DNA of 64,000 nucleotides, taken from the NCBI GenBank assembly GCA_022844165.1, contig JALHMH010000025.1, positions 1-64,000 on the forward strand, written 5' to 3'. Of this stretch, positions 1 to 8,831 are shown in pieces (positions within the stretch are counted from its first letter, which is position 1; every line of letters begins with the position of its first letter). The DNA comes from Lysobacterales bacterium. GTDB taxonomy: Bacteria > Pseudomonadota > Gammaproteobacteria > Xanthomonadales > SZUA-5. Below the pieces are notes generated by a model, which saw nothing but the letters and a program-made list of their open reading frames with translations, ran no database searches and was not told the origin of the DNA. The position numbers and the translations under genes are program-made.

Positions 1-126
1 CGCCGGTCGTTCAAGTCGGCTCGCGGCATGCCGCGAAAGCCACCGACTTTCACCCTCGTCGCGCCTTGCCTGACGCCGAAATCCATCGGAAATATTGTTC
101 AACTTAATGACGGAACACCGCACTAG
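1..126 (-). repeat. Element C, copy 1 (truncated by window edge): short non-coding MITE/REP-like repeat
   Basis: Reverse complement of 4956-5081 with 2 mismatches in 126 nt by manual alignment; ends in CACTAG, whose CTA (123-125) is the ompA-like stop codon. Confidence 0.9.
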
Positions 127-1103
127 CGCACACCCTCAATCACCACATCAACACGCCGATTCCTGGCTCGCCCGGCGGCGCTATCGTTACCTGTCACAGG
201 CTGTGCTTCCCCAAGGCCTTTCACGTTCAATCGCCCTGCGTCCGCCCCGAGTGCCACCAGCGCATCGCGCACAGAGGCGGCACGTGCCTCAGACAAGCGT
301 TGGTTTGCGGCATCCGATCCGCGGTCGTCAGTATGCCCCTCGATCAAAACGAGTTGGCCGGGATAGCGGTTGATGAAATCCAGGACCGGCTTTAGCTTGT
401 CGCGCACCTCTGCCTTGAGTGACGACTGGCCGGACGCGAAAAAGACGTCGCCCAGGGTCAGCACCTGACCGCGCTCCGTGGCCGAACTGCGTACCTGCGC
501 GATTTGCAGTTGCAGGCTACGCGTCTGCTCGTTGGCCAGCTCGGCCTCCATTCGTGCCAGCTCCGCTTCCCGCCGTCGCGAATCAGCCAGCCGCCGCGCG
601 CTGTCCGCCTCTTCACGCGCCAGATCGACTTGTTGACCCATCTCCAGGCTGCGCAGGCGTTCCGCATCGACTTCGGCGCGCATGCGCTCGGCTTCTTCGG
701 CACGTGCCAGTGATTGCAGACGCAGCTTCTCGGCCTCAAGTCGCGATAGTTCGGCATCGCGTCGCGTCGCCTCAAGCATGATCGCCTTGCTCTCGTCTTC
801 GAGCGCCTGAAGACGCTGCTGATCCTTTGCCGTCGCCACGGCAGCGTTGAATTGCGCGATCCGCAATTCGGCAATATCTGCAAGGTGGGCGCGCTGATCG
901 CGGTCGTTGGCTGGCGTCGTGCGGATCGCGCTAAGCGCGTCTTCTACGCGCGAGGCTTCAAGTCGAGCCAACTCGCGCGACTGCTCGGAGCTCAGGCTGC
1001 GCCAGTCGCCTTGCAGGCGCTCAAAATCAAGATCGCGCTTTGGCGCTGAGGTGCAGGCGGTCAGAACCAGCGCCAGGATCGAAATCACAGGTCCACGCAT
1101 CAC
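123..1103 (-). CDS. OmpA/MotB-family peptidoglycan-binding lipoprotein with coiled-coil N-terminus
   Basis: Lipobox LTAC; C-terminal motifs EGHTDDRGSDAANQRLSEARA and RARNRRVDV. Confidence 0.9.
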   Translation of the reverse strand: MMRGPVISILALVLTACTSAPKRDLDFERLQGDWRSLSSEQSRELARLEASRVEDALSAIRTTPANDRDQRAHLADIAELRIAQFNAAVATAKDQQRLQALEDESKAIMLEATRRDAELSRLEAEKLRLQSLARAEEAERMRAEVDAERLRSLEMGQQVDLAREEADSARRLADSRRREAELARMEAELANEQTRSLQLQIAQVRSSATERGQVLTLGDVFFASGQSSLKAEVRDKLKPVLDFINRYPGQLVLIEGHTDDRGSDAANQRLSEARAASVRDALVALGADAGRLNVKGLGEAQPVTGNDSAAGRARNRRVDVVIEGVR

Positions 1104-1468
1104 AGCGACTCCCCGCCCAGCAACTCGCGACGCAATTTTGCGATGGCTGCCTCTTTGCTCTGCACCTCGCCGCGCAAACGAGCGCTGGTCGCTTTGCTGG
1201 CGGCGAGTTCGGCGCGCGCCGCAGTCAATTCCAGCCGGCGTTTTGCTGCCAGATGCTCACGTTCGGCAAGTAGTATTCGTGCGCGACTGAGGTCCTCGCC
1301 TGCAATGCGAAAGTCGACAGGGGCCAGATCCGCGGCATTGGCGCGTTCCGCCGTTGCGATGGCGGCGACCGCACGATCCAGTTCCAACTGCGGAACCGGC
1401 GTGCTGGCACACGCGTTGAGCACCAGGATCGAACCGAACAGCAAACTTCTTTTGGCGACTTCAAACAT
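1100..1468 (-). CDS. DUF4398-family lipoprotein
   Basis: Lipobox LNAC, Ala-rich helical body, 4-nt overlap with the OmpA-like gene; start re-picked at MFEVAK. Confidence 0.75.
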   Translation of the reverse strand: MFEVAKRSLLFGSILVLNACASTPVPQLELDRAVAAIATAERANAADLAPVDFRIAGEDLSRARILLAEREHLAAKRRLELTAARAELAASKATSARLRGEVQSKEAAIAKLRRELLGGESL

Positions 1469-1568
1469 CAGGACACACCTTTCATCATTCTTGCTTGTAT
1501 TGTGAGCAGCGCGGGTGACCATCGCAAGCTGCGCAAACGTCCAGAGCGCAAAATGTAAAGGAGTCGAC

Positions 1569-2678
1569 ATGGATATTGGCTACTTCTTGAAACTCATGAC
1601 CGAGAAGAACGCCTCGGACATGTTCCTGACCACTGGCGCGCCAGTGAACATCAAGGTAGAGGGCAAGCTCTATCCGCTCGGCAACACGGGTTTGCCAACC
1701 GGGATGGTCAAGAAGATCGCCTACTCGTTGATGGACGAAGGCCAGGTGCCTGCGTTTGAGCGGGATCTGGAACTCAACCTGGCCATTGCGGTCAAGGATG
1801 CGGGGCGATTCCGTATCAATGTTTTCAAACAACGCGGTGAAGTTGGCATGGTGATCCGCGCCATCAAGAGCGAGATCCCAAGCTTCGAGAACTTAAAGCT
1901 GCCGCCCATCTTGAAGGACCTCATCGTAGAACCGCGAGGCTTAATCCTGATGGTTGGCGCGACTGGATCAGGCAAGAGTTCGACGCTTGCGGCAATGATC
2001 GACTACCGCAACGTGACCACAGCCGGTCACATTCTGACCATTGAGGACCCTATCGAGTTCTTGCACCGGCACAAAAAATCGATCGTCAATCAACGCGAGG
2101 TCGGCTTGGATACACGCAGCTACCACGACGCATTGAAGAATGCGATGCGTGAGGCCCCGGACGTGATCATGATCGGTGAGATTCTGGACACCGAGACGAT
2201 GGAAGCGGCCATTGCCTTCTCGGAAACCGGGCATTTGTGTCTCTCGACGTTGCATTCCAACAATGCCGATCAAACCATGGAGCGCATTCTCAACTTCTTC
2301 CCGGAGAGCGCACACAAGAACGTCTTGATGAATCTGTCGCTGAACCTGCGCGCAATCGTCAGTCAGCGTCTGGTGGTTGGGAAAGACGGGCGCCGCCTGC
2401 CAGCGGTGGAAATCTTGCTCAATACGCCGTTGATACGCGACATGATCCGTCGCGGCCAGATTCACGAGCTGAAGGAAGCCATGGATCGATCGTTGGCCGA
2501 AGGCATGCAGACCTTCGATCAATCGCTCTTTCGATTGTACAAGGAAGGCAAAATCGAACTCGAAGAGGCGTTGCGCAAAGCCGATTCGCGCGATGGGCTC
2601 GCACTCAAGATCCGGCTCTCCGAAGGCAGCAGTTCAGCAGATAACCCCGATCCTTACTTCGATCACACACAGTTCTAA
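1569..2678 (+). CDS. pilU: PilT/PilU-family type IV pilus retraction ATPase
   Basis: Walker A GATGSGKSST, TIEDPIE, MREAPDVIMIGEI, GHLCLSTLHSNNA, GMQTFDQ; GGAG RBS before ATG 1569. Confidence 0.88.
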   Translation: MDIGYFLKLMTEKNASDMFLTTGAPVNIKVEGKLYPLGNTGLPTGMVKKIAYSLMDEGQVPAFERDLELNLAIAVKDAGRFRINVFKQRGEVGMVIRAIKSEIPSFENLKLPPILKDLIVEPRGLILMVGATGSGKSSTLAAMIDYRNVTTAGHILTIEDPIEFLHRHKKSIVNQREVGLDTRSYHDALKNAMREAPDVIMIGEILDTETMEAAIAFSETGHLCLSTLHSNNADQTMERILNFFPESAHKNVLMNLSLNLRAIVSQRLVVGKDGRRLPAVEILLNTPLIRDMIRRGQIHELKEAMDRSLAEGMQTFDQSLFRLYKEGKIELEEALRKADSRDGLALKIRLSEGSSSADNPDPYFDHTQF

Positions 2679-2748
2679 GGAGGCTTCGCCTCAGTGCGAC
2701 GAGCATTGTCGGGTCCGTCTGATCCCGTTTCAGCGACAACCCAGCGCC
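2675..2748 (-). repeat. Degenerate partial copy of element A (right-end segment)
   Basis: CTAAG-GAGGCTTCGCCTCAG..CGAGCATTG..ACAACCC.GCGC matches the reverse complement of the element A right end; begins at the pilU stop codon. Confidence 0.6.
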
Positions 2749-2921
2749 CGGCATTCCTGGCTCAGCAGCGCTGGCGCAGGGCGTCAGGCTCGGCATACAC
2801 GTCTTTCCCGCTCCACCAACAACACCAGGTGCCGATCGGAGGTTGTTCTTGAAAGGCGACAGATTTCCCAATCCCCAACCCACATCCGCCTGACCATCCA
2901 TCCACTTCGCCGCTATCACCT

Positions 2922-3404
2922 ATGCCCAGCTTCGACACCGTGTCCGAACTCGATCACCACGAAGTGCAAAACGCCGTGGATCAGGCCAATCGAGAGCTGC
3001 AAAACCGATTCGATTTCCGTGGTTCAGGCGCTGTGTTCGAGCGTGAAGAGTGGGTTTTGACCATGAAAGCGCCGAGTGATTTCCAGTTAAAGCAGATGCT
3101 GGAAATCCTCAAACCGCGCCTGATTGCCCGCGGCATCGACGCGCGCTGTCTGGACGTTGCCGAGCCCGAGGTCAATCTTGCGAGCGCAAGACAGCGCGTC
3201 ACACTTAAGCAGGGCATCGATCAGAAAGTCGCCAAAGACCTGATCAAACGCATGAAGGACGCCAAGCTCAAGGTCGAAGCGCAAATCAACGGCGAAAAAC
3301 TGCGCGTCACCGCAAAGAAGCGCGACGACCTCCAGGCGGCTATCGCATTGATGAAGGCGTCGGAAGTCGAATTGCCGCTTCAGTTCAACAACTTTCGCGA
3401 TTAG
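2922..3404 (+). CDS. yajQ: YajQ-family nucleotide/c-di-GMP-binding protein
   Basis: MPSFDTVS N-terminus, RFDFRG, KKRDDLQAAI, LPLQFNNFRD C-terminus. Confidence 0.95.
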   Translation: MPSFDTVSELDHHEVQNAVDQANRELQNRFDFRGSGAVFEREEWVLTMKAPSDFQLKQMLEILKPRLIARGIDARCLDVAEPEVNLASARQRVTLKQGIDQKVAKDLIKRMKDAKLKVEAQINGEKLRVTAKKRDDLQAAIALMKASEVELPLQFNNFRD

Positions 3405-3408
3405 CCCG

Positions 3409-3834
3409 ATGCCCGCCTACGAAGTCATACCCGGTGTGCTGATCGATGATCACGAGCTGATCGAGCGCTTCGTGCGGTCCTCCGGCCCCGGCGGGCAGAA
3501 CGTCAACAAGGTCTCGACAGCCGTCGAGTTGCGATTTGCGATCGCGCCGTCGCGCTTACCCGAGTGGTTGAAGACCAGACTGTTCGCGCTGCGCGATCGC
3601 CGCCTGACCAACGACGGCGAACTGGTCATCGAAGCCCAGCGGTTTCGGACCCTTGAGCGCAACCGGGCCGATGCTCGCGAGCGGTTGCTGGCGCTCATCC
3701 GTGGTCAAACCGTGGAGCGCAAGAAGCGTGTTGCCACGGCACCCACACGAGCATCGCAGCGTCGCCGTGTCGACGCCAAGAAGGCGCGCGCGGGCGTCAA
3801 ACGTCTGCGCGCCAGGACTGAGATCGACGAATGA
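3409..3834 (+). CDS. arfB: Alternative ribosome-rescue peptidyl-tRNA hydrolase
   Basis: RSSGPGGQNVNKVSTAVELRF (GGQ motif) and basic C-terminal tail. Confidence 0.95.
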   Translation: MPAYEVIPGVLIDDHELIERFVRSSGPGGQNVNKVSTAVELRFAIAPSRLPEWLKTRLFALRDRRLTNDGELVIEAQRFRTLERNRADARERLLALIRGQTVERKKRVATAPTRASQRRRVDAKKARAGVKRLRARTEIDE

Positions 3835-4430
3835 ACAAGTTTCTGGCGCTGCAGGCAGCGATGCCGACCATCGAAGGTCAGTTACCGATGCGCTGGATTG
3901 GGCGGGCAGTGACGGCCTTTAGTGTTTGGCGAGTCGTCGGTGAGTTCCCGAACCTGCCCAGGTTGGTGGCGATAGCGGCGCCGCACAGCTCGCTTTGGGA
4001 TGGTTTTTTCGGCATCAGTGCCGCCTATACGATGGGCGTGCGAGCAACCTGGATGGGTAAGGACACGTTGTTCAAAGGGCCCTTTGGTGGGCTCCTGAGC
4101 GCGCTGGGGGGCATACCCACCGACCGGACCAATGCGCGAGGCGCAGTCGGGCAGATGTCGGATTTGATCCGGCAGCGAGAGCGGCTCTGGCTTTTTTTAG
4201 CGCCGGAAGGCACACGCCGGCCGGTCGACAAGTGGCGTACCGGTTTTTGGCACATCGCGCGCGAGGCTGGCGTGCCCATCCTGCCCTGCGCTTTCGATTG
4301 GCCAGAGCGTTGTGTCCATGTTCTGCCGTTGTTCTACCCCACCGATGATTGCGCGGCGGACATGCGCGACTTGTATCGGATCTACGAGCCTTTCCTCGGC
4401 AAAAACGGTAAGCGCGCAGTGCCGGTTTAA
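3831..4430 (+). CDS. 1-acyl-sn-glycerol-3-phosphate acyltransferase family protein
   Basis: APHSSLWD (HX4D), APEGTR, WRTGFWHIA motifs. Confidence 0.9.
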   Translation: MNKFLALQAAMPTIEGQLPMRWIGRAVTAFSVWRVVGEFPNLPRLVAIAAPHSSLWDGFFGISAAYTMGVRATWMGKDTLFKGPFGGLLSALGGIPTDRTNARGAVGQMSDLIRQRERLWLFLAPEGTRRPVDKWRTGFWHIAREAGVPILPCAFDWPERCVHVLPLFYPTDDCAADMRDLYRIYEPFLGKNGKRAVPV

Positions 4431-4492
4431 TGTCAACGCAGCGCCTGGTACTGCGTTGGAAACGACAATCGAAGACCAACCTGGAGTCAGCC

Positions 4493-4732
4493 ATGAAGAC
4501 CGTAGGAATTATCTCCGCCCTGGTTGCAGCCGCCGCCCTGGGTGCAATCGCTACGTATGCAGTTGCGGATCAACCGCGGATGCAGGCAGCGCTCAACCAC
4601 CTCGAAGCGGCCGAACGCGATCTGGAAGCGGCGACGCCAGACAAAGGCGGACACCGAGTAGAAGCGCTACGCCTGGTGCGGGCCGCGCAGTCTGAAATCC
4701 GCAAAGGCATTCGTCACGACCGGCGACACTAG
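4493..4732 (+). CDS. Small secreted helical protein, function unknown
   Basis: GGAG RBS, signal peptide, mature part QPRMQAALNHL..DKGGHRVEAL; 79 aa. Confidence 0.8.
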   Translation: MKTVGIISALVAAAALGAIATYAVADQPRMQAALNHLEAAERDLEAATPDKGGHRVEALRLVRAAQSEIRKGIRHDRRH

Positions 4733-4910
4733 AGTCCTTGATGAAGCTGGATCTTGTCATTTGAGTCTGTTTCTTAGGAGCGGCTTTGGCTTTGGCAGCC
4801 CCCTTAAATTAAGGGGGCGATCGAGCGCGCAGCGCTCGATGGGGGTTGTGGCAAGTACGGTGTCTGGCGAAGCCAGCAATGCTCGGCGGTCTGAGGCGAA
4901 GCCTCGCTAG
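4729..4910 (+). repeat. Element A, full copy 1 (CTAG-bounded structured repeat)
   Basis: Closely similar to 37232-37403; CTAG at both ends; hairpins CCCCCTTA-AAT-TAAGGGGG, ATCGAGCG..CGCTCGAT, GAGGC-GAA-GCCTC. Confidence 0.9.
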
Positions 4911-4959
4911 CACGTTGTTGAGAAACGCACTTCCTGTGCGTTTCTCAACAGCCTGCTAG
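4907..4959. mobile_element. Element B: 53-bp palindromic mini-MITE-like element
   Basis: CTAGCACGTTGTTGAGAAACGCAC-TTCCT-GTGCGTTTCTCAACAGCCTGCTAG; perfect 15-bp inner stem, CTAG at both ends; ends resemble IS5/IS1182-type inverted repeats (inference). Confidence 0.6.
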
Positions 4960-5190
4960 TGTGGTGTTCCGTGATTAAGTTGAACAATATTTCCGATGGA
5001 TTTCGGCGTCAGGCAAGGCGCGACGAGGGTGAAAGTCGGTGGCTTTCGCGGCATGCCGCGAGCCGACTTGAACGACCGGCGGCTGCGCCGCCGGGCCGGA
5101 CGACATAGCTCTTCTATGGCGACGAGAAGCAACGCTGCATGGGGTCGAAAGACGCGGAAATAGCGTGGCATTCAAACCGCGCCAGCACTA
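4956..5190 (+). mobile_element. Element C, full copy (~235 bp MITE-like element)
   Basis: Imperfect terminal inverted repeats TAGTGTGGTG / CGCCAGCACTA; internal palindrome TCGCGGCATGCCGCGA; second copy at 1-126. Confidence 0.7.
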
Positions 5191-5832
5191 CCTCAATGCC
5201 CGACCCGCGTCGCCGGATGACACAGCTTCAAGTGCGGCCTGGATCAGGCCAAGCGGCACGCGAGTTCGGTAGTCGGGGTTGACGTACGAGAACTGCACAA
5301 TGCCGGCAGCGTCGATGACAAAAACACTGGGTACCGGCAGCGCATAGTGCTGTTCGCCGCTGGCAGCCGCAAGATCGATGCCGTAACCCTTGTAGGTCTC
5401 GCGGGTCTTTTCATCGACCACAAAGCCAATGCCAAAGGCGCGCATCGCTTCGCCTTTGGCATCCGACAAGATGGTGAAGTCGATGTCGCCTTTTTCCAGC
5501 GTCTTGCCGATCTCGGCCGCGCTGTCCGGGCTGATGGCGATGAGCTTGGCGCCGTGGCGCGAGAGGTCAGGATCGAGCTTGCGTAGCTCGCTCAACTGCA
5601 CGTTGCAAAATGGACACCAGCCACCACGATAGAACACCAGCACCGTGGGTTTGCCGTCCATCGCCGCCTTGAGCGTGATCGCGGCGCCGTCCAGGTCGCG
5701 CATGGCGACATCCGGCGCAGCGCCACTGAGCAGCATCGGACGCACGGCCTCCGGCGCGGCGGCAAAATCGGCGCTCAAGCGCGGTGAAGAGGCCGCCAGC
5801 ACCAAGGCAACGGCAAATGCAGTATGGAACAT
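5188..5832 (-). CDS. Secreted AhpC/TSA peroxiredoxin-like protein
   Basis: Signal peptide; FYRGGWCPFCNVQL, AISPD, LPVPSVFVID motifs. Confidence 0.9.
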   Translation of the reverse strand: MFHTAFAVALVLAASSPRLSADFAAAPEAVRPMLLSGAAPDVAMRDLDGAAITLKAAMDGKPTVLVFYRGGWCPFCNVQLSELRKLDPDLSRHGAKLIAISPDSAAEIGKTLEKGDIDFTILSDAKGEAMRAFGIGFVVDEKTRETYKGYGIDLAAASGEQHYALPVPSVFVIDAAGIVQFSYVNPDYRTRVPLGLIQAALEAVSSGDAGRALR

Positions 5833-5887
5833 AGAATCTTCCTTCAATGGTCAGCGGTTGAGCGCTTTGGGTCCGTCATGCGCGAGA

Positions 5888-6610
5888 TCATCGGCTTCCA
5901 CCGGCGACCATCGGCGCCGGACCGGCGTCATAAAACAAGGTTTCGATCGTGTCAAAATCGCGATCGCTCTCTGCCAGTAAAATCACCGCGCCGGAAACGT
6001 ACGGCATAGAGCGCGCGGCAACGCCGGATACCTTGACGTCGAGACGCTCGGCCGTACGATCGGGAATGAGCAGCGCCGTGACCGGACCAGACCTGGCGCG
6101 AATCACCATATGCAACGTCATGAAATCGTCGACGGGACAGCGCATCAAATAGCTCAACGGCAGGCGCTCGCCTTCCACCTTGAGGCCGGCTGTGGCAAAA
6201 GCGCGTTCGATCAATGGCGCAGGAACACGCTCGGTGCGCGTCAGCGCAAATGGCTCGTGGCTCAAATGCGCAACCGATGCCTGAATCATACGTTCGGTAC
6301 GACCGTCCATCGCACCGCGATTCCAGAGCACCGTGGCCAGTAACGCACTTGCGGCCAGTGCTGCAATCAGCCAGGGCGCGTGACGCTTAGGTGTCGAACG
6401 TCGCTCATTGGCAAGGCGGCCGAGCAACCGGTCTTCGAGGCCTGGAGGTATCGGCACAGCGAGCGCGGCGACAATGTCCTGATCGAATTGCCGCGCGTCA
6501 CGCAACGCCTGTTGAGCCTCCGGCCCAAGCGAGGCGCCCACCGCATCGAGTTGCGGATCGGCAGGGTCGGTCGAGAGCGCTCGACGAAACTCAATATAGT
6601 TCACGGACAT
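5888..6610 (-). CDS. DUF3379-like membrane-anchored putative anti-sigma factor
   Basis: N-terminal YIEFRRAL..DP, one TM segment, overlaps the upstream ECF gene. Confidence 0.75.
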   Translation of the reverse strand: MSVNYIEFRRALSTDPADPQLDAVGASLGPEAQQALRDARQFDQDIVAALAVPIPPGLEDRLLGRLANERRSTPKRHAPWLIAALAASALLATVLWNRGAMDGRTERMIQASVAHLSHEPFALTRTERVPAPLIERAFATAGLKVEGERLPLSYLMRCPVDDFMTLHMVIRARSGPVTALLIPDRTAERLDVKVSGVAARSMPYVSGAVILLAESDRDFDTIETLFYDAGPAPMVAGGSR

Positions 6611-7103
6611 TCCCCATCGGCTCTGCGCGCAACAGCGCTTTCAATTTCGCCCGAGCACGAAACACCTGTGTCATGACGGCTTGCGAGGTCGTTCCGAGCT
6701 GCTCGGCGATCTCTTCGCAACTAAAACCGCCCACCAATTGCATCAGCAGCGGTTCGCGGTACTTTGGCTCGATGCGCCCGATGGCATCGCGCATCTCCTG
6801 TACCTCGGTGAGCGCGTGCGCAGTTGGCGCATCTGTGTCTTCGATCACGACGTCCTGGATATCGTCGATCGGCGGAACCTTGCGCTCAAAAAGTCGCGCG
6901 TGTTCGCGACGTATGATCGTGAACAGCCAGGCCTTCGCTGCCTTTTCGTCGCGCAAATCGGTACGCGAGCGCCAGGCGCGCAAATAGGCTTCCTGCACCA
7001 CATCCTGGGCGATGCCTTCATCTTTGGCCAACCAAAACGCGAACCGGTACGCATCAGCGGCATAACGGCGAACGAAGGCATCGAAGGCAGCAACGTCAGA
7101 CAT
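6591..7103 (-). CDS. ECF sigma-70 factor
   Basis: AQDVVQEAYLRAWRS, KAWLFTIIRRE (region 2), GFSCEEIAEQLG..VFRAR (region 4); start re-picked at MSDVAA. Confidence 0.92.
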   Translation of the reverse strand: MSDVAAFDAFVRRYAADAYRFAFWLAKDEGIAQDVVQEAYLRAWRSRTDLRDEKAAKAWLFTIIRREHARLFERKVPPIDDIQDVVIEDTDAPTAHALTEVQEMRDAIGRIEPKYREPLLMQLVGGFSCEEIAEQLGTTSQAVMTQVFRARAKLKALLRAEPMGNVRELY

Positions 7104-7371
7104 AGCGTTCGGGCAATCTAATCGGCGGACTTCGCCACAGTGAGTAAGACCTCGAAAGCGGCAACATGCTTTCAGGCGTTTCAAGGGCCAGCGTGGTGAT
7201 TTACGCTATTCAGGACATAAAACCACGACTTTTTCCATGGCAAGGTTGCAAATCCTCGCCGTAGAAGAGCTATGGCCGTGGCCTGCGCCTTGCCTTGAAC
7301 AAAAACTCATCTCGTCAGGCGTCAAGCACCACACCCGCCGCCGCGGTCGATCATCGCACGCAGGAACGTGT

Positions 7372-7444
7372 GTGTCCGGAACCCGTCCGCGGGGTGTCCG
7401 GCCGCGGTCGTCACGTGTCGGTAGCTAATAAAAACAACTGTTTA
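7372..7444 (+). promoter_or_regulatory. Putative enhancer-binding-protein sites plus IHF site
   Basis: GTGTCCGG at 7372 and 7394 and GTGTCGG at 7415 (21-22 bp spacing); AAACAACTGTTTA at 7432-7444 is one mismatch from WATCAANNNNTTR. Confidence 0.55.
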
Positions 7445-7448
7445 CGTG

Positions 7449-7464
7449 TGGCACGGCATCTGCA
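7449..7464 (+). promoter_or_regulatory. Sigma54 (-24/-12) promoter
   Basis: TGGCACG-GCAT-CTGCA versus consensus TGGCACG-N4-TTGCW, 35 nt upstream of ATG 7499. Confidence 0.75.
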
Positions 7465-7498
7465 AGTGTGACCACCACTGCCGCGGCAAGATCCTGCC

Positions 7499-8749
7499 AT
7501 GTTCAATGACACGTCTGCTACTGACAAAGTCCTGTCGCCCGTCGCCCGTCAGCATAGTTGGTTGTGGTGGGTCGCCGCTGCCGCCGTTGTGTCCACAGTG
7601 GCGATTCTCCTGGCGCCGGTGTGGCTTGCCGAAGTCACCCTGCCGCGTGAGCGAGTGCGTCTTGCAACGGTGACCCAGGGTACTTTGGTGCGTGATGTCA
7701 GCGCTCAGGGCCGGGTCGTCGCTGCGCGGTCGCCTTCGCTGTACACGCTCAGCGGCGGCATCGTGCGCTTCGAAAGAGAGCCGGGCGCGATCGTGAAGAA
7801 AGCAGAGGTGCTGGCGGTGATCGACAGCCCGGAGCGCATGAGCGAGCTGAAGCGCGAGGAAGCGGCGTTGGCAAAACTGCGCGCCGAAGTCGCGCGCCAG
7901 GCGATCGGCAACCGCCGCATCGAACTGGAGAAAAAGCGCGCAATCGATGCGGCCGAAATCGCGTGGCGCGCAGCCAAACGCGAGGCCGAGCGCGCGCAGT
8001 GGGCATTCGACAAGGGCGCTATCGCAGAAGTCGACTACAAGCGCTCACAAGACACTTTGGCAGGTGCCGTGACCACCCTTGATGCCGCGCGAGCGGATCT
8101 GGATCTGGAGCGCGACGCGCTGAAACTTTCGCTACAGACTTTCGATGAGGAAGCGGGTCGTCAGCAGCTGCTGGTCGACGAGTTGAATCGGCAGGTACGG
8201 GCGCTCGAAGTCCGCGCGCCGTTCGACGGCATCGTTGGCAACTGGCTGACCACGGATCTGGCATCGGTGGCGCCTAACCAGGCGCTGCTCACGTTGGTCG
8301 ATTTGACGGAGCTTGAGGTCGAGGCCTCGGTGTCCGAGGTCTATGCAGAGTCGCTGGTGCCGGGGCAGCTGGCGGAAATAACAGTCGGCGGCGAAACCCT
8401 GCGCGGTGAACTCAGACTGGTATCGCCCGAGGTACAGAACGCACAGGTGTTGGCACGCGTGCGTCTGACCGATCCGGCGGCGCTGCGGCAGAACCAACGT
8501 GTGCAGGTGCGCGTGCTTCTGGAAGAAAAGCCAGGCGTGCTGCTCGTCGAACGCGGACCGATCTTCGAGCGCGACGTTTCGTTCGCCTGGGTGGTCGAGG
8601 GCGACATCGCCCGGCGCCAGCCGATCCGTCTTGGCGCCAGTTCGGTGACAGCCTTTGAGGTCGAGAGTGGGTTGCTCGCGGGCCAGCAGGTCATCGTCGC
8701 TGGGATCGATGATCTCGACGGTATCGACGAAGTGCTGTTGACGCGCTGA
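7499..8749 (+). CDS. Efflux periplasmic adaptor (HlyD/MacA-like)
   Basis: N-terminal TM, long coiled-coil hairpin, VRAPFDGIV motif; first gene of the ABC cluster. Confidence 0.9.
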   Translation: MFNDTSATDKVLSPVARQHSWLWWVAAAAVVSTVAILLAPVWLAEVTLPRERVRLATVTQGTLVRDVSAQGRVVAARSPSLYTLSGGIVRFEREPGAIVKKAEVLAVIDSPERMSELKREEAALAKLRAEVARQAIGNRRIELEKKRAIDAAEIAWRAAKREAERAQWAFDKGAIAEVDYKRSQDTLAGAVTTLDAARADLDLERDALKLSLQTFDEEAGRQQLLVDELNRQVRALEVRAPFDGIVGNWLTTDLASVAPNQALLTLVDLTELEVEASVSEVYAESLVPGQLAEITVGGETLRGELRLVSPEVQNAQVLARVRLTDPAALRQNQRVQVRVLLEEKPGVLLVERGPIFERDVSFAWVVEGDIARRQPIRLGASSVTAFEVESGLLAGQQVIVAGIDDLDGIDEVLLTR

Positions 8750-8831
8750 TCGCGATTGGCGGGGCTTCGCATGGGGGATCAAATGAGAACCCAGGGCAAA
8801 GGCGCAAAGAACGAAAGGACGGGGAATCGAA

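Noticed and set aside
4956-5175. Short ORFs (66-71 aa) within element C as transposase or toxin
   Set aside because: No DDE, HUH or TM motifs; they lie within a non-coding repeat
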